Source: Oscillospiraceae bacterium (GTDB lineage Bacteria; Bacillota; Clostridia; Oscillospirales; Ruminococcaceae). From it: a stretch of DNA of 64,000 bases. Both the position numbers and the translations under genes were made by a program. The notes beneath the pieces are model-generated. The model made no database searches, was not told the DNA's origin, and worked only from the letters and a program-made list of their open reading frames with translations. This document shows positions 1 to 6,788 of the stretch, in pieces (position 1 is the first letter of the stretch; each line of letters starts with the position of its first letter). The DNA is taken from positions 30,654 to 94,653 of the forward strand of contig JAISLD010000007.1 of assembly GCA_031260665.1 (NCBI GenBank), read 5' to 3'.

Positions 1-2
1 TT

Positions 3-827
3 ACCGAGAACGTCGGCGACCTCACCGCTGACGAGAGAAGCGACATCACGCAAGACGCCGCGACTGCGTGGAACGAAGAGGCGACTCTGTCGGCAAACGG
101 CAAAAACTTCACTACGTGGAAATCTTATTATGAATACGCGGGAATCAGCGAAAACTCGTTCCGCCGTGTTTACACCGACTCGAAGAAAAAGATTTTGCTG
201 TTTAACAAACTTTACGGCGAAGGCGGCAAGTACGAGGTGGACGAAGCAATCTTGATGAATGAGTTTGAACTCACTTACGGTCGTTATCGTTCAATTGATA
301 TCAGCTTGCTTGACAACGAGAACACAATCGTGGGCGAAGAAGAGCAAGCGGTGCGTAAAGCGAAACTCGCGGAGTTCAAGAAACGCTTAGAGGCGGGAGA
401 ACCGTTCTCGGCGGTGATAAAAGACGTTGACAAGTATAACGCGGAGCTGAACGGCGGCACCTATGAAGAACCCGACCCCGATGAAGAAACAGAGGGCGGT
501 CGTGCGGCGACCAACGACGACGACCCCGAGAGCATAAACGACAGCTTTGTTTCAAGCGAGAACAAAGAAACAAGCTCGTTCACGAACGTCGTGTTTGACG
601 CGGAATACGACAAGCTCTACGACTATGAGGACGACTCGCGGATAGTTGTGTTTAAGCGTTACGATATCACGGAGCTGACTGATATCTTCGACACAATCAA
701 GCCGCAACTGCTTACCGACCTCATGTCCGATGAGTTTGAGGCGCTGATTGCCGCTAAGGTCGACACGCTTACCGCTGTGCTGAACGAAAAGGCACTCGCG
801 AAACTCGACAACAACAGACTTGACTGA
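3..827 (+). CDS. hypothetical protein, C-terminal part; the reading frame is open to the left window edge and the function is not recognisable
   Basis: Frame 3 has no stop codon from nt 3 onward. The ORF track reports it only from an internal TTG at 195. Its stop TGA (825-827) overlaps the larE ATG (827-829). It contains an acidic linker, DPDEETEGGRAATNDDDPE. Confidence 0.5.
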   Translation, partial: TENVGDLTADERSDITQDAATAWNEEATLSANGKNFTTWKSYYEYAGISENSFRRVYTDSKKKILLFNKLYGEGGKYEVDEAILMNEFELTYGRYRSIDISLLDNENTIVGEEEQAVRKAKLAEFKKRLEAGEPFSAVIKDVDKYNAELNGGTYEEPDPDEETEGGRAATNDDDPESINDSFVSSENKETSSFTNVVFDAEYDKLYDYEDDSRIVVFKRYDITELTDIFDTIKPQLLTDLMSDEFEALIAAKVDTLTAVLNEKALAKLDNNRLD

Positions 828-1612
828 TGACAAGCGTTGACAGGTTAACCGAAATACTACGTTCTTACGGCAAGATAGCCGTGGGATTTTCGGGTGGTGT
901 TGACTCTACGTTTCTTCTCAAGGCATCAAAGCAAGCGCTCGGCGGCAACCTGCTTGCCGTGACCGTGAAGTCGCGGACACTCCCTGCCACGGAGCTAAGC
1001 GAAGCGGTCGGCTTCTGCCTTGACGAGGGGATAACGCACGAGATTATCGAAACGGACGAGCTTGCAATCGCGGGATACGCCGACAACCCACCCGACAGGT
1101 GCTATCTTTGCAAGCGAAACACGTTCACACTCATCAAGGCGGCGGCGGAGAAGCACGGCATCACGACAATCGCCGACGGCTCCAACGCGGACGACGAGGG
1201 CGACTATCGGCCGGGGCTTCTTGCCCTTGCCGAACTCGGCGTCGTCAGCCCGCTTCGGCTTGCCCGTATGACAAAAGCGGAGATACGCGCCGCTTCAAGA
1301 GAACTCGGGCTGCCCACCTTTGACAAGCAGGCGTTCGCCTGTATGTCGTCGCGCTTTGTCTACGGCGAGCGTATCACGGCCGAGAAACTCGCGGCGGTTG
1401 AATCCTGCGAGGCTTTTCTGAAAGCAAACGGCTTCAAACGATATCGCGTCCGCGTTCACGGCGACTTGTGCCGAATAGAAGTAGGCGGGGACGAGTTGCC
1501 GCGGCTGTTCTCGCTTCGTGGTGAAGTGAGCGCCGCGTTTGCCGCTCACTTCAAGTTTGTCACCATGGATTTAGACGGGTTCAAGTCCGGTAGTATGAAC
1601 AAAACACTGTAA
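827..1612 (+). CDS. larE: ATP-dependent sacrificial sulfur transferase LarE (PP-loop ATP pyrophosphatase)
   Basis: PP-loop FSGGVDS near the N-terminus, DGSNADD, and a conserved Cys in FACMSSRF. Length 261 aa is typical of the LarE/TIGR00268 class. Confidence 0.8.
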   Translation: MTSVDRLTEILRSYGKIAVGFSGGVDSTFLLKASKQALGGNLLAVTVKSRTLPATELSEAVGFCLDEGITHEIIETDELAIAGYADNPPDRCYLCKRNTFTLIKAAAEKHGITTIADGSNADDEGDYRPGLLALAELGVVSPLRLARMTKAEIRAASRELGLPTFDKQAFACMSSRFVYGERITAEKLAAVESCEAFLKANGFKRYRVRVHGDLCRIEVGGDELPRLFSLRGEVSAAFAAHFKFVTMDLDGFKSGSMNKTL

Positions 1613-1618
1613 AGCAAC

Positions 1619-1650
1619 GCCGCTTCCTACTAAGAAGCGGCTTGTCTTTT
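1619..1650 (+). terminator. intrinsic terminator after larE
   Basis: Stem GCCGCTTC/GAAGCGGC (1619-1626 and 1634-1641), 7-nt loop, then TTGTCTTTT. Confidence 0.7.
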
Positions 1651-1652
1651 AA

Positions 1653-1681
1653 TTGACAGAGCGGTCTTGTTGTGGTATAAT
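1653..1681 (+). promoter_or_regulatory. sigma-A type promoter, TTGACA-17-TATAAT with upstream TGG
   Basis: TTGACA at 1653-1658 and TATAAT at 1676-1681, with a 17-nt spacer ending in GTGG. It lies 30 nt upstream of the kinase ATG. Confidence 0.7.
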
Positions 1682-1710
1682 TACGTTGAATATTTATAGA
1701 AACAATACTT

Positions 1711-4700
1711 ATGAAACACACTATTGCACGCAAAATGCTCTTGGCGTCTATTCCAATCCTGCTGATAACCACGGTGGCGTCCTCTATTCTGACGTACAAC
1801 ATCGTTGATTCACAGATTCGCGGTGAGTTTGACACAGAGATAGAAGAGCAAATGAACGTGGCTCTCGCTAACCTCACGCTTGAGCTTGACCGCACCGCTT
1901 CTGTCGCAAAGACGCTTGCCAACTACGCCTCCACGGTTCCCTACACGATGACGGGAGAGGAATCCGAGGCGTTTATCAGCACTGCGGTGAAGTATAACGA
2001 AACGACTGTCGGTTGCGGGATATTCTACGCGGAGGGTCAGTTCCCGGCGACTTACACCGACTTTGCGTCTTATGGGGTTTACGCCTACCGCAACGGCGAC
2101 GGCACGTTCGGTTTCACGGGGGATTACGCCGCTGACGCTCACTCGCGTGACCCTCGGCTTGGGGATTTCTACGTACACGATTGGTGGAAAGTCAGCGCGG
2201 AATCTAAAAACGGCGAGCTTGTCTGGTCGCCGCTCGTCTATGACCCTATGCCGAACGAGTATATGTTCTCGTCTGTTCAGCCGTTTTATAACGACGACGG
2301 CTCGCTTCGCGGCACAGGCACAGCGGACGCGCACCTGACACAAATCAGAGCGATTGCGGAACAGCTGACTGTCGGTGAAACAGGCTCCGCGTTTCTTTTC
2401 AGCGACAAAGGCCAGTTTATATACTCGCGCAACAACCAATACGACTTCAGCGACAACATAAACTCGACAGGCATTGCGGAGCTGTCTGGCTTCTGGCAGC
2501 TCGTGACCTCCTCGCCTAACGGCAACGTGAGCGAAAAGCTGACTATAAACGGCGAACAAAAGCTGCTTTGCTCACGGCTTGTGACCGGACCGAACTGGTA
2601 TCTCATTATTGAGGTCAGCGAAAGCGAGATAAGCGACTCGGTGCTCACCGCGTTTTTCAACATAATCATCGTGCCTATTATCGGCTTCGCTTTGATGTTC
2701 ATTTCGATATGCGTTCTCGCTTCTCGCTTCTCAAGCGTCGCTTCGTCTGTCAATCATTTTGCCCACGCGGTTCTGTCGGGCGACTTCTCGAAGCGGCTTG
2801 ACGTCACCGAGAACGACGAGTTCGGCACAATGCAAAAGCACTTGAACAGCATGGTGAACCACCTTGAGTTAAGTTACGAGCAGTTCACCGAGATGTTTCT
2901 GCAAACGCCGCTTATATGCACCCTCTGGACCGACAAAGGCGAGTTGATAGAGTGCAACGATGTGGCGGCGCGGTTCTTCGGCACCAAAACCACCGAAGAG
3001 TGTGTCGCGTTGTTTTACACCAAGCTAAACGACGACTATCAATCGGGCGTGCCGTTTCGTGAAATGCTTGCCGTTCACCTCAAAGAAGCGTCTGAAAACG
3101 GGTACGTCAGCTTTGAGTGGACCCACAAGAAACTTGACGGCACACTCGTGCCAACTGTCGTCAATCTTGTGCGTCTGCCGTGGAAGAACACGTTTCGGCT
3201 TGCGGGTTACGCGCAAGACAAGAGCAGCGAGATTGAAGCAAGGCGGCAGGTCGCCATTCAAGCGGCGTTTATCCGCCGTTCGCCCCGTGTGTCGGCTTGT
3301 ATGGACGAGAACGGCAACCTCGGGTATATGAACCAAGCCCTCGCCGATATCGCCGGCTATTCGCTTGAAGAATTAGAGGCAGGCGGCATACAAAAGTTTT
3401 TGCCGGCAAGCATACTTGAGGAACTGCGTACGATATTCTTCCCCGCGGTACGCCGCGGCGAGAACCCGGCGTTTGAGCTTGATATCACGCGCCCCGACGG
3501 CACATCGCGCACACTCGGCGGCATTATGTTTCCGCTTGACATTCTCGGCAACAACTATCCCGTGGCAGTCGCCGCGCAAGACGTGACCGACGACAAGAAG
3601 TTCAAACTCGAGATAGAAGAAGCGCGTGACCTCGCGGAACGCGGTATGGAAGAAGCACGGCAATATTCACGAGCGAAAAGCGACTTCTTGTCGCGTATGT
3701 CGCACGAAATGCGAACTCCGCTGAACGCAATCATCGGTATGAGCAACATCGCAAAGATGTCGCCCGACGACTTGGCAAAAATGAGCCACTGTATCGACCG
3801 TATCAGCGTGGCAAGCCAGCACCTGCTCGGTGTTATCAACGATGTGCTTGATATGTCGAAAATAGAAGCGGATAAACTTGAGTTGTCGCCTATTGACTTC
3901 AACTTTGAAAAAATGCTGTCAAAAATCGTCAACGTGATGTCGTTTAGGTTAGACGAGCGGCAACTCGAATTGAAAGTACGTACCGACGAAAATATCCCCG
4001 ACAAACTCTTTGCCGACGACCAGCGGCTCTCGCAGGTTATCGCCAATCTGCTGTCGAACGCCGTGAAGTTCACACCGGAGAAAGGCAAGATTACGATATC
4101 GGCAAGGCTGTTGTCCGACAGCGACGGCGTCGCCGAGGTAGAAGTGTCGTGCAAAGACAACGGCATCGGCATATCGCCCGAAGGCATTGCGAGGCTGTTC
4201 GGCTCGTTCAGCCAAGCAGACGAAACCACATCGCGCAAATACGGCGGCACAGGTCTTGGGCTTGCTATCAGCAAGCGAATTGTCGAGATGATGGGCGGCG
4301 AAATCCGCGTGGAGTCGTCAGTCGGCGAGGGGGCGAACTTTGTGTTCACGTTCCGTGCCGCTCACGGTGAGCAAGCCGCCGTGCCGCTTCTCGCACCGAA
4401 CATCAATCTTTCAAACGTACGTATCTTGACGGTTGACGACTCGCCCGATATACTTGAATACTTCGACAGTTGCTGCCGCAGCTTGCAGCTGAAGCACGAC
4501 ACGGCGCGTTCGGGTGAAGAAGCGTTGTCGCTTATCAAGCTGAACGGTCACTATGACGTCTACTTTTTAGACTGGAAGATGCCGGGAATGGACGGCATAA
4601 CACTGGCGCGGAATATCCACAAGATAACGGACAAAAACTGCGTGGTCATTATGATTTCTTCGTCTGAATGGGCGGCGATAAAAGACGACGCGAAAGACGC

Positions 4701-5199
4701 GGGCATCGACCGCTTCTTGCCGAAGCCGCTGTTCAAGTCGGCAATCGCCGATATAATCAACGAGTGCCTTGTCGACGGGGAAGCAGGCGGCGCCACGTTG
4801 TATGAGCAAGCGACATACGAGGGCAAGACGATTCTCCTTGCGGAAGATATCGATGTTAACCGCGAGGTAGTCGCCGCTCTGCTTGAGGACACCAAAATCA
4901 CGGTGGACTTCGCCGAGGACGGACTGCAAGCGTTTCAGATGTATGAAAACAATCCGCTTAAGTATTCGCTTATCTTTATGGATATCCACATGCCCGGCAC
5001 TGACGGCTACACCTCAACCAAGATGATACGCGCCTCCGCCTCACCGCGAGCAGGTTCAATCCCGATTATCGCGATGACGGCAAACGTATTCACCGAGGAC
5101 ATAGAGAAGTGTCTTGCCTGCGGTATGAACGGGCACATCGGCAAACCTGTCGAGCTGTCGTCAATGCTTCAGACACTACGCAAGTATATCGATACTTAA
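1711..5199 (+). CDS. hybrid sensor histidine kinase/response regulator (Cache-like extracytoplasmic domain, HAMP, 2 PAS, HisKA, HATPase, 2 receiver domains)
   Basis: Two TM segments bracket a ~290-aa sensor domain. H-box SHEMRTPLNAIIGM, N/G boxes NLLSNAVKFT and DNGIGI..GGTGLGLAIS. Two receiver domains carry DWKMPGMDG and MDIHMPGTDG. Confidence 0.9.
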   Translation: MKHTIARKMLLASIPILLITTVASSILTYNIVDSQIRGEFDTEIEEQMNVALANLTLELDRTASVAKTLANYASTVPYTMTGEESEAFISTAVKYNETTVGCGIFYAEGQFPATYTDFASYGVYAYRNGDGTFGFTGDYAADAHSRDPRLGDFYVHDWWKVSAESKNGELVWSPLVYDPMPNEYMFSSVQPFYNDDGSLRGTGTADAHLTQIRAIAEQLTVGETGSAFLFSDKGQFIYSRNNQYDFSDNINSTGIAELSGFWQLVTSSPNGNVSEKLTINGEQKLLCSRLVTGPNWYLIIEVSESEISDSVLTAFFNIIIVPIIGFALMFISICVLASRFSSVASSVNHFAHAVLSGDFSKRLDVTENDEFGTMQKHLNSMVNHLELSYEQFTEMFLQTPLICTLWTDKGELIECNDVAARFFGTKTTEECVALFYTKLNDDYQSGVPFREMLAVHLKEASENGYVSFEWTHKKLDGTLVPTVVNLVRLPWKNTFRLAGYAQDKSSEIEARRQVAIQAAFIRRSPRVSACMDENGNLGYMNQALADIAGYSLEELEAGGIQKFLPASILEELRTIFFPAVRRGENPAFELDITRPDGTSRTLGGIMFPLDILGNNYPVAVAAQDVTDDKKFKLEIEEARDLAERGMEEARQYSRAKSDFLSRMSHEMRTPLNAIIGMSNIAKMSPDDLAKMSHCIDRISVASQHLLGVINDVLDMSKIEADKLELSPIDFNFEKMLSKIVNVMSFRLDERQLELKVRTDENIPDKLFADDQRLSQVIANLLSNAVKFTPEKGKITISARLLSDSDGVAEVEVSCKDNGIGISPEGIARLFGSFSQADETTSRKYGGTGLGLAISKRIVEMMGGEIRVESSVGEGANFVFTFRAAHGEQAAVPLLAPNINLSNVRILTVDDSPDILEYFDSCCRSLQLKHDTARSGEEALSLIKLNGHYDVYFLDWKMPGMDGITLARNIHKITDKNCVVIMISSSEWAAIKDDAKDAGIDRFLPKPLFKSAIADIINECLVDGEAGGATLYEQATYEGKTILLAEDIDVNREVVAALLEDTKITVDFAEDGLQAFQMYENNPLKYSLIFMDIHMPGTDGYTSTKMIRASASPRAGSIPIIAMTANVFTEDIEKCLACGMNGHIGKPVELSSMLQTLRKYIDT

Positions 5200-5225
5200 G
5201 TCCGTGCCGGACCGGCAATAAGCTA
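5200..5225 (+). repeat. hairpin-TGC-GGCAATAAGCTA motif copy (module 1 of the intergenic repeat family)
   Basis: GTCCG-TGC-CGGAC followed by CGGCAATAAGCTA. It starts 1 nt after the kinase stop codon (5197-5199). Confidence 0.85.
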
Positions 5226-5365
5226 TACCGCGTAACCACATAAAAACTCACCGAGTTTTTATGTGCGGCACGAAGCGGCGGGTTACGCTTATGTGCGGAT
5301 TAACTTGGCGGCGTAGCTGTCAATTGCCGCGAAGCGGCAGCAGTTAAACTGCAAGTTTAGACCAA
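5226..5365 (+). repeat. ~140-nt hairpin-rich element (module 2), copy A
   Basis: Perfect 13-bp hairpin CACATAAAAACTC-ACC-GAGTTTTTATGTG (5237-5265), followed by GCGGATTAACTTGGCGGCG, the GAA-capped stem CCGCGAAGCGG, and GTTAAACTG. It aligns closely with the reverse complement of 57461-57620. Confidence 0.85.
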
Positions 5366-5370
5366 CGCCG

Positions 5371-5410
5371 ATAAAAAACTCCCCCCCTCTTCTATAAGAG
5401 GGGGTTTTGT
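5371..5410. terminator. bidirectional intrinsic terminator between the kinase (+) and spmB (-)
   Basis: Stem CCCCCTCTT/AAGAGGGGG (5383-5404), flanked by an A-run on the left and TTTTGTTT on the right. Confidence 0.75.
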
Positions 5411-5929
5411 TTATCCAAGCGTCATTCTTACGAACAGAACACCGAGAACAAACACAGCAAAGTCGCCACACAAAGCGGCAGGTAACGCATACCGCGTTTT
5501 CTTCACCTTTGTCGCCGCAAAGTAGACCGCCAATGTATAAAACGTCGTTTCACTGCTGCCGATTATCGCGGAAGCAACGCGTGAAGCGAAGCTGTCGGCG
5601 CCGTTGTCTTTTAGTATCCCTTCGTACACGGCAATCGAGCCGCTGCCCGAGAACGGGCGAAGCACGGCAAGCGGCAGCACTTCTTTCGGGAAACCGATGA
5701 GGTTTGTTATCGGGGCAAGCAAGTCGGCAAACATCGCCGCCGCCCCGCTTGACTTCACCACACCGACAGCTAACATAAGGCAAAACAAAGCGGGGAATAT
5801 TTCGGTTATCGTTTTCGCGCCGTCTTTCACGCCGTCAAGGAACACCGCGAATACATCGACTTTCTTTATAAGCCCTGCCGTGAACACGATAGCGATTATC
5901 GCGGGAATGACGTAATTTGAAAAGTTCAT
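5411..5929 (-). CDS. spmB: spore maturation protein B (nucleoside-recognition/Gate-domain membrane protein)
   Basis: 172-aa polytopic membrane protein immediately downstream of spmA. The pairing and size are typical of SpmA/SpmB. Confidence 0.75.
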   Translation of the reverse strand: MNFSNYVIPAIIAIVFTAGLIKKVDVFAVFLDGVKDGAKTITEIFPALFCLMLAVGVVKSSGAAAMFADLLAPITNLIGFPKEVLPLAVLRPFSGSGSIAVYEGILKDNGADSFASRVASAIIGSSETTFYTLAVYFAATKVKKTRYALPAALCGDFAVFVLGVLFVRMTLG

Positions 5930-5932
5930 AGG

Positions 5933-6529
5933 TCAAACAACCTTATCGGTTGGCTTCTTCAAACTTTGAAACAGCTTTGCCGCGAGAATCGCGACGGTCA
6001 AAGCGCCGATTGACGTCAGCCACACGGCAGGCAGAACGTCAAGCGGCGTGACCGAGCCGTGCTTTAATCTCAGCGCCGCCATTGTTGCGGGGAGAAGCTG
6101 AAGCGAAGCCGTGTTCATTATGACAAACAGAATCATATTCGGTGTGGCTGTGTCGCCTGAATGTTCTTCTTTTTCAAGTTCTTTCATCGCCATAAGTCCA
6201 AACGGCGTGGAAGCGTTGCCCATACCGAGCATATTTGATATGATATTCAGCGTGATATAGCCAAACGCCTTGCCTTTCACGTCCAGTCCCTTAAACAGCT
6301 TTGACAGCACAGGAGCGAACGCCTTTGACAGCAACCCGATTATCCCCGCTTCTTTCGCGACCGACATAACGCCGCTCCACAAGCAGATTATCCCCGCGAG
6401 AGTGATAGCGAGAGCAATCGTGTCCTCACCCGACGAGATAATCGAAGCCGACACCTCGGCCGCGCCGCCGTTTGCAAAACCGACCGCTATCCCGACAAGA
6501 AGCATAGCGGTTATCACATACTTCATCAT
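5933..6529 (-). CDS. spmA: spore maturation protein A
   Basis: Polytopic membrane protein. I place the start at the ATG at 6529 (MMKYVITAMLL...), which follows AGGAA by 7 nt. The track's start at 6550 is an upstream TTG with no SD. Confidence 0.75.
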   Translation of the reverse strand: MMKYVITAMLLVGIAVGFANGGAAEVSASIISSGEDTIALAITLAGIICLWSGVMSVAKEAGIIGLLSKAFAPVLSKLFKGLDVKGKAFGYITLNIISNMLGMGNASTPFGLMAMKELEKEEHSGDTATPNMILFVIMNTASLQLLPATMAALRLKHGSVTPLDVLPAVWLTSIGALTVAILAAKLFQSLKKPTDKVV

Positions 6530-6595
6530 ACTGTTGTTCCTGATTGACAAACATTTGGTTATTTGCTATAATCTAAAATACGCGAGTGTTTCCAA

Positions 6596-6745
6596 GCAAC
6601 CGGAGCGCATATCCGAAGGTCATATCCCTCGAGGCACAGGCGGGCGACCGCTCGTCGCTCGAGAGGCAATATAGCCGGTTAAACTTAAAACACTAAAATG
6701 TTTTGAGTTTTCGCCGCGAAGCGGCGGAAGTTAAAGAGCATAGTT
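6596..6745 (+). repeat. composite intergenic repeat (module 3A plus a partial module 2)
   Basis: CATATCCGAAGGTCATATCCCTCGAGGCACAGGCGGGCGACCG is shared with 26605, 27381, 27868 and 52052. It is followed by GGCAATATAGCC, GGTTAAACTT and CGCCGCGAAGCGGCGG. Confidence 0.8.
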
Positions 6746-6788
6746 CACTAATGTTTACTAACAACAATATACAAAAAGGAGCGCGTTT

